From assembly GCA_036172245.1 (NCBI GenBank), contig JAYWIR010000077.1, positions 62,001 through 126,000 of the forward strand: DNA of 64,000 nucleotides, read 5' to 3'. Shown in pieces: positions 52,101-64,000 of the stretch. Below the pieces are notes generated by a model. That model was given only the letters and a program-made list of their open reading frames with translations, was not told where the DNA came from and ran no database searches. The translations under genes and the position numbers were made by a program. This DNA is from Raillietiella orientalis (Eukaryota). The stretch's first letter is position 1, and the number at the start of each line of letters is the position of its first letter.

Positions 52101-55100
52101 TCCACACTGAGCTGGGTTAGTCCATTCTGTTGTCATCCTAAAGGGATAATCATTCATAAGTCACTAAGACACATATACTTACTTTCCATTGGTGCCAATC
52201 CAGTAAAGAATGCCATTCTCATCAAAGTCATGGTGACATGTGAACACAAACCTCCAACCCTCTTTAAGTTTCTTGACAAAATGTAGCAAGCTTCGCTCGT
52301 GGTCATACCACTGCTTAGCAACCATCTTTGAGAGATGTTGTTCTAGCTGACTCACAGTAACCAAGGGTTCCAATTTCAAAGTTTTCCCAGTGTGATCAAT
52401 TAGACCAGTGTCTTTAGCACCACACTGTAAACGAAATCTCAGCTTACGAGTTAGAACCTATAGGAAGACAAAAGCAGTCATCCTGGAGGCAAAGTAATCA
52501 TAAAAAAAAAACAATATGACAAGCTCATACAGCTTATTTCACATTCTTATAGAAAAGACTAATAAATTGTGAAATTCGAAATGCACAACACACAAGACAA
52601 TAAAAAGCACAATGCAAGCTCTTTCTGATGGAACTATATTAGGAAGAACCAGAAAGATAAGCAAGTGACAATTCCTAAAATTGTACTCATGAAATGATTC
52701 ACCAAACACTCATTGCTAATGGTCATAATAAAACAATACTCAAGCAAAGGTGATCAACACTTAATGTTAGGTGAAAAGGAGTGCCCCCTCTGATAATACA
52801 CAACAGTTATATGTGATCACCTGCAGTCCTGCAGAGCTTGTGATGGATTCACACAGATGAATGGGAAACTTTTCCATGCATTCCAACACTGCTATAAGTT
52901 TCCTCAACAGTGCGAGAGCTGCTATGAACGATGGATTATTAATTGAAGGCATCATCTGCAAATAAAAGTGAGATCCTTTCTAATGAGAAGATGAACAACT
53001 TACTGAAAAAACACTTGTAAAGATGGAAATATTGGTGTTCAGAACATCTCCTTGTTTGCTCTGAGATAAAGTATATTGAGAAGAATCACAAGCAAGCAAG
53101 CGCAATAAAGCAGAAATCAAGCCACTGCTACGTAGTTCATAAGCAGAAAAAGAGTCTGGATCTTCCAGCATAGTTTTCAATTGTTCCAGAGCATCTGTAA
53201 GATCTCCCTTCCAATGCATATCATGAGTATTCTGAAATTAAATAGATCCCATTTTCTCACTGTATTTTTTATTTTACCTGCACCTCAATTATTGACGTGA
53301 TTCTTTGAGCTAACTCCATTAAATGTAAAGTGACACCTTGAGGTTGGGCATGTACCACTTGGAAGTACTTCTCAAACAACTCCTTAGCTTGGCAATGTAC
53401 CTACAAACAGATCAGACAATGCAAAGGAATATAATCAAATCACTTTTTGTTTCAGTGCTTCCATTTTTGAGCGAAATCGCTTGACTTTCCTTTCAGCCCA
53501 GCCACTAACAAACTCTGAACCTAAAGAAGTTTCAGCTGTGAAACTGTGTCTTGTACCACAGTTTGATACAAACACAAATCCTGGCACATCTTCTTTTAAA
53601 ATTGTCATTTGCTAAACAAAAGCAGAAGTTCACATATATACTTAGGTTGGCATACCAAAGGCCCATCAGCATTGGTTATACTCATTTCTTTGTCTCTTAT
53701 GCTAGATAAGGACCAGTTGCCAACAGTTATTCGCGTTTTACAAGCTTGAGATAACAATGGCTGCGATAACACCGACTGGCCACATCCATTAGCATAAACA
53801 TATGCACGGGCTTTCTGAAGTTTATCTAAAAATTCGCTCCTGCTTTCTGAAAAAAACCATAAAGAGATGATCAGAAGGGAACGAGTATATGAGTATACCT
53901 GAAGAATCTGAACCACCTTCAGGACTACCACTTGAATACATCGTAGACAATTTGTTATCTAAAAGGAAACGGAACCATCCATTGCTACCATGAGAAAGTT
54001 CAAGGGCAACAGCATCACACCACAAATACAGACAATCTCTAGTACGAGAGATACACCATTCTTTCCAATGATATGGATGACCAATGAGAATTTCTGAGGC
54101 ATCTGTCCAATTTTCTTGTAAGGGAACAGGCTTATCAGTAGGCTGATCAATCTAATGAAAACATTATTTTTCTCAAAGCATCACTTTTCTCAGTCTGACC
54201 ACTTCAGATGTCGAAACTATGTTTTTGTGGGCCAGCATAGACAAACTCATCACTTTATTGAACACACCCAATCTAGAAAAAGTCTCCAAAAAAATATCAG
54301 CAGATTTCACCATAAGATCGTTTATAATTTGTAATGCCATCAAACGGCTATCATCGTCATCCTATAAACAGTTAATTCCCTGAAATGTTTTGGCAATACA
54401 CACACAAACACACATACCTCTTGATCTAAAACTAATGATAAGACTTCAACTAGAAGAAAGGTGAACCCAGATTGCTGATTCATTTCTATCAATAATTCAC
54501 TAGACGTATAATGAACTACTTTGCGAATTAAACTGAGAGTACATTTCCTAAAAGAAAACTTCACAAAGTTGAAATTACTGCACAGTTCCTCACCGAATAG
54601 AATGCAACATTGTTGATAGAAAAAGGTTGCAGAAAATAGGAAGCAACTTTCGTAAATACACTGGGCCCATTTCTGCATCACCTTTAATTTCCTTAACATG
54701 CTCTGTTTCTTCAGACAGACTTGACTCACCAGTCACATTGGCAACCATCCACTCCCCTAAAACAAAGACTGAGTATTTGTCCAGGTGAACAACAAAGATA
54801 CCAGGACTTTGCAAAATAGCAGCCACTTCTCTATGTCCTTCATCATGACGCTCTCTAGCTTTGTCTAATGGTGTTTTCCCATCTTCATCTCTTAACTTAG
54901 GATTTGCTCCATATCGGAGCAGGACTCTTGCTACTTGTGGTCTTCCAAAACAGGCAGCATAATGTAAAGATGACGACCTATGACCTACAACAGCTATCAT
55001 TATGGTATCAAGACAATATACTTGACTCGCCTTTATTTACATCAGCCCCTCTTTCACAAAGCAAATCCACCATTTCTTGAGTACCAAATGCAGAGGCCCA

Positions 55101-58100
55101 ATTCAGCAAGGTCTGTCCCACATCATCAATTAGATTAACTTCAACTCCTTCACAGTATTAAATGTAACTTCTGTCTTCCAATCTAGACTCACCTTCCTGA
55201 TCAATTGAATCAATCAAAGATTCTGTATCTTTATTTCTAATGAAATCAATCAATTGGCGATGCAGTCGTTCTTTGCTACTATCTAGGCGACGTAAGCCAG
55301 ATATTCGACCATTAGAGACTATCAATCCAGATCGAGGCAATGCAGAGCGCCCCTCAAAGAGTAACACCAGAAGTAAATCAATTAATCTCATGGTGTCAAG
55401 AACACATCTATAAATTAAAACAAGAGAATAACTATTTGTGATATTTTATCTGGTGCGCATTTCTCTGGCTAGTTTCACAGTAACTTATGAATTAGAAATA
55501 CATTTGGTATTCAATAAATACCTTTCATCTCCTTTCAACGCCTGTTCCAGAGCATCTGGTAAGCAGGAACGAAGTAGGGTCTACAATGTATTTGATATTA
55601 AGACATTCTGAAACACTTAATACACTAACATGGGTAATGGAAGGAGATCCACGACACAAAGTAGACAACAAACTAATAAGAGTACATATATTTGAGGATG
55701 CTTTTGTTTCTGGGGTATAATCATTCTTTACTAAAGATTTTTGTATTCCTACAGCCCCTGTGTACGTGGAATTGACTGCAGCACTTGAGAGACGTCTTAA
55801 AAGTTCATCCAATAAAGTGCCACTCGCTAATGGAGCTGGATCCATTCCTCGGCGTGTAAAACGATCAGCCAGGGATGCAAAACAACGCAAAGCGCCATCT
55901 GCAACCTGAGTTCGAAAAAAACTGTGGAAACAACAACATATAAACGATCAACTTACATGCAGATCCTCATGGTGTAATAAAACAGACAAAGCATCAATAC
56001 AGAATGAAAGACAAATGTCTTGTGGCTCTATTTTAGCACATAATTTTGAGACTACAGCCATTGAAGAATGCAAAGTGTCTTTGTGAACCAGAGAGCCATT
56101 ATCTCGAATAAATGTCAATACACAATTCAAACCGCCTGCTTCAAAAATCGCCCCTGCCTCACGATTACAAATAAACTCTAAAACCTGAAAAACAAAAATG
56201 TTTTTAAATCATTATTAAAGAAATAAAAAATTGAATTAGGATAAATGAGTCAATAAGCTCGTTATAATTTTTTAAATATAATTCTCTGCATGCATACTTC
56301 GAGTTTCAGAATGACAAATTACAGTACAACTAACAAATACCCACTTGATAATCATGTAGAATAACACTGTCACAAAGGCATTGGATGAAAAATATGATAA
56401 GACCTGAAGGAGCACCATCAGAGTATTAAAACATTCATTAAATACAAAGGAAGCTACAACAACAACCAGCTGATGGTACTGTATTGATAAACTTTATTTG
56501 GCATCTCAGTAAGATGATGGAGCACTTGAAACACACTAATTTAAACTACTTTTAAATTCCTGATTTTTTCTCCATTACGGTATTTGTTATAGAATATTTT
56601 GCTGTAGAGTACTAGATGTATTAAGTAATTTGTAGGCACTCAATCACACCCCTTATTTCAGTAAATGTATAATGTTTGTTGATGCCAGTTAGGACACATC
56701 AAAAATAAACTACATAACAGTCACAAATGGAAGGCTTTGAATCTTATATCGTATCTCTGATTGGGATAAACAATGGAGTTACTGGATGGAAAATCAAGAT
56801 TTATACATAGAAACAAGACAAATTATGGGAATTCAGTACAGAGAATATGGAGATACAGAAGATATTTTGTACTTGAACAATAAGCTACCATGCAGAATCA
56901 CTCTTGTTTTTTTGCTTTTCAATGTTGAAACTGAAATCCCCTCCAAGATCCCTGAATTTACTGTGTCGTTCTCTGACAGAATAATTCTTTAGACTACACT
57001 ACCAAATGGACTATTTAGAAAAATGAGAAAATTTAATTTCAAAAACAGCGAATATTCGGTTCAAAATTGCATATTGCTATTTGATTTACAGTTTCTGAGG
57101 ATCATTTGTCTCTCATTACAAGTACTCTTGACATTACTCATTAGAACACTGGCAGATTAAATTATGCAGCTCACTACCAACATTTTTCTTTACAAATAGC
57201 AATTATTCAGCAACACAAATTTATTGTAAAATATCGTGAAGAAATCCCAGGAAAATTGCTAATTTTTTACCATTTCCGTAAAGTAGGCCTACATCATAAA
57301 TTCCAATTGATTCTTGATTAAGTATACTGAGGGATGAGTGTCTCCCTTGTAAAGAATTTTTGAATGCTTCATATCACAATCTAATTTATTTTAAATCAGA
57401 ACGATAATATTTTTTAATTAAAACAATCTTCACTGTTTTTGATTTCAAATTTACCATTAAGGAAAGCTTTCCAGCTTTCCTTATGGTAAAACCAACTTGA
57501 AAATAAAAGCGAATTTTCTGCATTTTAGTTTTGAAAATGGAACTATTTAACTAAAGAATGAAATTCGATTTAGTACATAATCAAAAGCACTTGGAAACAC
57601 TTCACTGCATGCAATCAAAATCAAAAAAAGTTAGGTAAGAGAGAAATGTAACTGCCACAAATAGCAATTATTCAGTAAATGAATTACAGTAAAACTGAAT
57701 TACAGTTCAAAGCTAGTTTTTACAACAGAAGGATACCTTAATACACTGTTCTGCAAGATCTTTGCTAGTTCTGGAAGTCAATTCTGCTACAACAAGCCGA
57801 TTACAAATGGCTTTGATGGCACCTTCTACAGCTACTATGCGGCGTGTACATTCTGATGACACATCCAAGTAGTAAGTAATAGCTCTTGCAGTCACTTCTA
57901 ATATATTATCTGGTGCACATTCGTCCAAAAATATTTTGCAAAGAGCTGGCAAGAATGTTCTTGGAGGGCAGCTGCAAATGTCAAATAGTACCATTGAACA
58001 ATGAAAACTAACAAATGCTTACCTCTCAAAACACCGGTCAATATTGTCTGACATCAGTAATAGCATGCATAAATGCTCAAGAGCTATTAATTGCATTTCT

Positions 58101-58162
58101 CTTTCATCACCTTGCCCCATGCTGAGCCACTCAAGCAGGGTTTCTGGATCTACTTCTGCCAT
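46155..58162 (-). CDS. HECTD1: E3 ubiquitin-protein ligase HECTD1 (hecd-1/Ufd4 orthologue), about 30 exons
   Basis: The N-terminus [46 protein letters not shown] matches HECTD1. Downstream are an ARM region, ankyrin repeats ([16 protein letters not shown]), a Sad1/UNC-like domain ([22 protein letters not shown]), MIB/HERC2 ([25 protein letters not shown]) and a HECT domain ending [20 protein letters not shown]...GFHLN. First exons: 58162-58023, 57971-57737, 56184-55957, 55905-55630, 55580-55522, 55407-55193, 55147-55031, 54984-54802, 54756-54594, 54547-54418. Most introns are 45-56 nt. Confidence 0.97.
57450..57490. repeat. Near-perfect hairpin (18 bp, one bulge, 4-nt loop) in HECTD1 intron 2
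   Basis: TTTACCATTAAGGAAAGCT-TTCC-AGCTTTCCTTATGGTAAA. Confidence 0.85.
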
Positions 58163-60589
58163 TTTATACAGATTATGGAAACTTGAATGTTTTAATATGG
58201 AAGCATCCAATAGGCTGAATTCTTAATTCATCTCTAATGAAAGAAAACTTGTACTGAAAATTAAAAATTTACAATACACAGTAATTAGTTTAGAAATTAT
58301 TTGGTTTTGCAATATACATAACTACAAATGAGAACTAAGTTAATTATTTTCAGCTAAATATATTGCCTAAGTTATGACCTAAGTTAAGTAATTTCCTTTT
58401 CTGTTGCATTTAGTCTTATTATCAAGTACAACTAATTTCTATAGCTTGAGAAAACTGATAAGTTTTCTACCGAGATAAACTCATTATATAAATCATGAGA
58501 TTTTCAAGGGTAAGAGCTTGCATTTTCTTTCTAATTTGTCTTTGAAGTTGATATTTTCAATGATGCTGATCATGTCTTCTCCAGCATTTTCTTGATTTCT
58601 TGAACATGATGTCAATTTATTTCTAAACATACTTAGTAAGTTTAAAGCACATGAATGACTGTTAGAAACTGAGAGTCACTGCTTTACATTCACTTAATAT
58701 ATGTAAATACTAAACACAAATCGGTCAATCAACAAAACTACAGATAAAATGCTGGATAATTATGCATTTAATTTTACCTATTTATTCAATTTTTAAATAA
58801 TAAATACCTTTAATCTTGAAATTCTCAGAATAGCAGAAAGTTTGACAAGATTACATGTACACATACAAAAATCAAATGAGACATGTGTAACTAAAAATTT
58901 GAAATGATTTTATATTTCATAACCTAAATGTATTCACAGACTTACTACAAGCACTCTTTTCACAGTATTTAAAACAAATAGCTCTTTTAACCATTCCATT
59001 GTTCCAAGAATGTGACTAATTGTTCATGCCAAAAATAAGTCAGCTTCTGGCTATGAAATTCTTTTAATGACAAAGGCTATCTATTAAGTCCGGACACAAA
59101 CTCTCACAAAAGCCAAGATTTTACATGCAGAAAATATTTGAAAGAAAACAGAAATCCTATTAGAAGAAAAAAAAAGCATCCTGTAAAGAATGTGCTGCTA
59201 CATCAAATACTGCTTTTAGTTGAAGAATGTTATGGTGAATCATACCATGAATCTGAAGTTTTAATTTAGGTGATGCACAGAACATTGTTGCAATATTGTT
59301 AACTTATAGTGCATTGGAATTTGAAAACCCTACTTACAAAACCACAATCAGGGTTTTTGTTTTTATTTATTGCTTAAACACGTTGCATGCACATGGAAGT
59401 TGGGCAAAATATTGAAAGCCCTGTTTATATGCATTAGGCAGTGTTGGACCAGATTGTGACCAGATCCACACAGGTTTCCAAGCACATGAAACAAAAATAT
59501 GAAGAGTGTTTTGGTACTATAATTTGAACAGAAGATGTTAAAAAAGGTGATTGCCCCATCAAAAGATAAAAAAAGGTCAAAAACGGTAAAAAAAAAAAAA
59601 GGTCCTAAAGGTTGGTGATTACCCAAATTTATATTCAAATATGTGGCAAACTAATCAAATTTGTCGGGCGTGTAAAACAGGAATGGGTTACGGAAGCTTA
59701 CGACAAAAACATGCAAGACATGTGGAAAAATTCTGGACATACATGAAGAATGAATTGACGAAACTGGTACAGGTTCATGAAACTCATGTTTCCATAATAA
59801 CATAGAATATCCAGATACATGCATCAAACTTCCAAAATTTGAAAATAATTTTGACTAATTCAAGAACGCACACCCAGTTAGGAAATACTTGGGATAAGTG
59901 AAAATTGTACACGGTTTGCAGAACTTTTGAGGTTCACCTAATTATCAGTTCCTAGATTTCTTTTATGTTTTTGGGAATTACCTTTGGTTGTGGAACTGTA
60001 TAATCAAGAATGTTTTCATTTCACGTGGGAAAAAATGCGGAAAAAAAACTACAAACATGCACTCTATTTTTGTTGTGAGACTGGTAACAGTCCATTCTGT
60101 CAAGCTACTACAAAGACTAAAAACATTTTCAAACATACACGCCGAGATTGTTGAAAAGAGACCAACTATAAATTATGATAACACTGTTCGCTAGCTAGCT
60201 CTGATAAAAACATCTGGGTTTGTTTGTTTTTTTATCTGTTGATGTGCATACACCTGCAAGCTTAACAGTAACATACTGCTGACAGCTATCATGAATAATT
60301 TTGCAAAAATTTCTTTTAGCAATGACAGACATCGGATTCTACTCGAAAATACTTGGCAATCACAACTTTTGTGGGCGATTAACTACAATGAACAGTGAAG
60401 AACATCCCCTTTTTTTTTTTACTGCAGACCAAAAGATTGGGCGGGGGTTACAATTATACCACACGTAAGAGCAATTCACTGGTTAAGTCCACACAACCGC
60501 CTGGCAACCCAACAACCTGCTACCTATTTGTTCTCAAATCACATCCCCCAAAATACCATCACTAAGGGCTGAACTGTTTCAAGAACTTT

Positions 60590-61440
60590 TTCAAGTTTCC
60601 GGCGAGTGTCCACCAAAGAAAAACTCCACCTATCAAGGTTCTCTGTTTCGTCATGGAGGCACTTTACACTTACACGGATAAGTCACGGCTAAGTTCTTCA
60701 CAGAGTGCAATCATCGGTGTCCTAAAGGTTGGCTGTTTCCACCACAGGAATTGCAAACAACAGGCACAAGACTTCGCGTTCTGACAGCAGACATTACGTC
60801 GTACGAAGACGGGGGCATATATGATTCCGTACCGACGGGCGCATGCGGAAATGTCAATTGGTGGAGTAGGCTGCTTTTATTTTGATATGCACGCGATGGG
60901 GCAGGCGATCGAGTAGGTCTTCATTTTGAGGTTCCGTTCACCCCAGAAGGATAGCCTGTCGCCACCTGACTTCAGCTGGCTGGGGAAAAACCAAAATCAC
61001 CCAAAGACACCTTGCAGAGCATTTCGTTTGTCATTTAGAAGATGGTATTCTGTGTTCGATCAATACACTATGTGACCTCGGTTTCGAGGCACTTTTCTAA
61101 ATAGGCCAGCGTGTAACTGATGAAACCTCGAAATGGAATCGTGCTAAGGCAAGTGTTTCCGCAGTAAAATGTCAAAGTTTGTTTGTGACAGTTTCGTCGC
61201 TTTTTACAACTCTCATGGCTGTTCGATTTCCTGAACGTCGAAACCGTGGTCTATGGTTCAACATATTAACTCCCTGAAGCTACCTAACGTTGGACTAACT
61301 AACTCTGATGGCTATTGCTATTATTAGTAAAGAATTGTGGGGTGTTTGTTACATCTATCGGATGTCGCAGCACACCGTCGCATGCATTCATTCCCATTCA
61401 TAGAACCATGAAATCTTATCACCGCAAAATACGTCAGTAG
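60590..61440. promoter_or_regulatory. CpG-retaining patch, candidate HECTD1 promoter region
   Basis: A local rise in GC/CpG within AT-rich, CpG-poor DNA about 2.5-3 kb upstream of the HECTD1 ATG. It contains GCGCATGCG (NRF1/Ewg-like, 60839-60847) overlapping CGGAAAT (ETS-like). Confidence 0.35.
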
Positions 61441-63106
61441 CAATATTGAGAATCTGTCTTTAAAACAACACAAAAAAAAATGCACCTAAAACATTTTTCA
61501 GGTTGCACACGCTGTTTTTGCTTGAAATGTGGTACACGAGCTATTTCTCAGAATTGTATCTACACGTGTTTGGCACATACTGCAGTAAACTGTGGAAATT
61601 ATGTAACGAAATTTTATGAATCTAAATAAGGAAAATTCGAATGCCTTCCTTACTTTTATGTGCTGATTTTGTCCCTGAATCATTTTGTCAGATTCAAACT
61701 TTTATTAAAGCTATGCTTATTCGATTACGAGTGTTACAAACTCCATGCTTCGCATAGTATAAATGCTTTCTCACAAAAATGGATCATTCGTGTTTTTAGA
61801 CTACTGAATGCATTCTTCATCATAAATTAAGTTTTATGGGTCCTGTGTTTCAAAGCACTGAGCCATTAATCGAATCCTTTTAATCTCTGAATTCAGATAG
61901 TATCTGTTTTAAAAAGAAGGTCTTTTTGAATACCGTTCGTTTTCTTTTTCTTTTTTTTTAAGGAACTTTCAGTATTTTCAAAAGTTTCTGCATGACGTTT
62001 AGAAATTATGAAAGATGATGGAAAACGAATAAATGAGTCAATGCACAACATGAAAAAAAGACTTCCCGGCAAGACTTTATAATACAGAATTTTAATTACG
62101 AACGATTGTATAAAATCATCCTGCTTTCGCATTTTTTGAAGTATGTGCGTTAAAAGAACTTCTAATAGAATCGCATATCCTGAGAGAGAGAAACACAGCC
62201 CAGGTCAAATAATGGCTTACAATCTATCAAAAAAGCTATGTATATCATTGGCGAACACACAAAAAATTGGTTTGATACGATAAACATATGCTTATATCCT
62301 TTCTTTGCTCCATTTATTTTTACATACTATAAGTACCAGAATAGATATTCACTTACAATTCATTTACAACTATCTATTCGACAATAAAGTACCTAATATC
62401 CGTCTAAACTCGATCAGCCGCCATAATATCCATTGCTTTATTTCCTATTATTCGTTTCAAATCATTCCAAACTATCATTACCCATGCCCATAAAGTTATT
62501 CAAGTCATTGAGATTCGAAGCCTGAGAAGTCCTCTATTGGAATGTGCTAAAGTATGGCAATGATTGCATCCAGCTCAGCATTTATTTCAGCAGCCTCCAG
62601 TCAAGATTCATGACATAATTCATGATAAGTTCGAATTTCGTATTTCATCTTAAATAAAGAAAAAGAAGCCGCATGAGATTATTCATCACGAATTTACCAT
62701 AAAATCGATTTATATTTCTCAATTCTCCAATACCTCCACAAATAGAGAATTTTAGGAATAACTGCTGCTTTTAATTATATGCGGTCCATCAGATAGTCTA
62801 TTATATGTAATGCAACCCTGGTGTTGGTTGATAGCTTGATTTCCGCCAATGAGCTCCTCTCTGAAACAAATTTCATCCTAAAAGCCAAATTGCAAGAGCA
62901 TGAGACAAAGATCAAGAGTTGAGTTGTCATGGATTCTTCTAGCTTCTGTGAGACGTATTTATCAATGTAAAAGACACGTGTATTACATAAACATACATTC
63001 AGTATGTGTCTAATGAGAATGTAGTTAAATAAATGAAATTCACCTTGAAGCTTGTTGGAACTAGGAAAAATCGAGGCACTACGATTATGTGTTTAGTTAG
63101 TTTAAC

Positions 63107-63140
63107 ACTCGCCGTGGGGTTATTTAACCCCACGGCGAGT
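63107..63140. repeat. Palindrome with 16-bp arms next to a TTAA
   Basis: TTAA-C-ACTCGCCGTGGGGTTA-TT-TAACCCCACGGCGAGT. Confidence 0.9.
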
Positions 63141-64000
63141 TTCACAGGAGAGGAGCAATTCCTATGAACCATTCTTCTTACCAACCTTCTTACCAGCACT
63201 CCAAAAAGACAAAAACAAATGCATATAAGAAAGTTGGGAGGATTCTCCTCTGGTTTCTCACTCCTGGGCAATGTTCATTATAGTGAGCTACCACTTGGAA
63301 GAAATTGCCAGTAACATGTACCACTGTTGAACGTCATATATCCTCTTCCGATCGGAATTCTTTGGTAGAGGAAGAACTTCATCGGCGTTCGGTTTCCTGA
63401 AGGACCATGATGGCTGTTCCGAAGATTCTTTCAAGGCGTGCACAAACAGGCAAGTTAAAGAAATGGAGCACTCTTCAGCTTTCCACAAAAAAAAGGCAGC
63501 GTGCCGCTGGTAACGAAGCATTCAACCGAAAGCTGCTTTCCTTTCTCTCCAGGGATTCTTCTCAGACTGAAAAAATGGAAGACTTAAGAAACAGCAAGTA
63601 TTCAGTCGTGATTCCGCAAAACAGAGGATTAATAATAAAATATAATGAATAACTTTGAAGCCTCAATTTGTGATGAATCTGAGGACCGTGTTGCAAATTA
63701 TTTACAACCATCTTACATGCTAATTAATCCTCGATGCGGATAGTAATTAGCACGGTTATATATATTGAATTGTACGATGCATGCACAATATATGGTATTC
63801 CCATTAGTACAAACCAATTTAAGGTCTTGAGAGCGAATCACAGGTAGACCTCTGAAAAGAGATTACTGTAGTATTTAAGCAATGTGTTTTGTTTGTTTGG
63901 TTCATTACATTCAGAAATCTCAGTACGATTTGAAAAGCTCTTAGAGAAAACTCGTGATAAGCACGTGAAAAAAAAAACAATCGAGGGGATTAAGGGAAGA

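Noticed and set aside
56786..56992. 68-aa ORF antisense within HECTD1 intron 2
   Set aside because: Short, with no recognisable motif; may be decayed TE sequence.
59610..59632. GGTTGGTGATTACCCAAATTT resembling the nematode SL1 core ATTACCCAA
   Set aside because: No AG|GT donor follows and no SL RNA structure is evident; probably chance.

Overview
Eukaryotic (animal) genomic DNA, not prokaryotic. The compact ~45-56 nt spliceosomal introns, intermediate GC and gene content suggest a clade I nematode such as Trichuris (inference, not verified). Four genes are confidently identified. Two are minus-strand PAR-bZIP genes that look like tandem paralogues of the gap gene giant (21428-22726 and 39752-40792). 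Between them lies a mitochondrial ribosomal protein S12 gene (+, ending at 35060). The fourth is a ~30-exon HECTD1 E3 ligase gene (-, 46155-58162). A decayed restriction-like-endonuclease-type (NeSL/Utopia/R2-like) non-LTR retrotransposon occupies ~15.0-17.75 kb. Several stretches carry splice signals and unrecognisable ORFs and may be orphan genes (low confidence). Main observations: (1) the giant pair shares an acceptor 2 nt before the ATG and an identical basic region, but copy 2 has a degenerate zipper; (2) HECTD1 has a GC-AG intron and a U12-type GTATCCTT donor; (3) a 37-bp inverted repeat lies upstream of mRpS12, and there are several near-perfect hairpins; (4) the CpG landscape is a sharp mosaic, including a ~940-bp CpG-free tract, consistent with DNA methylation. 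No tRNA, rRNA or CRISPR array was recognised.
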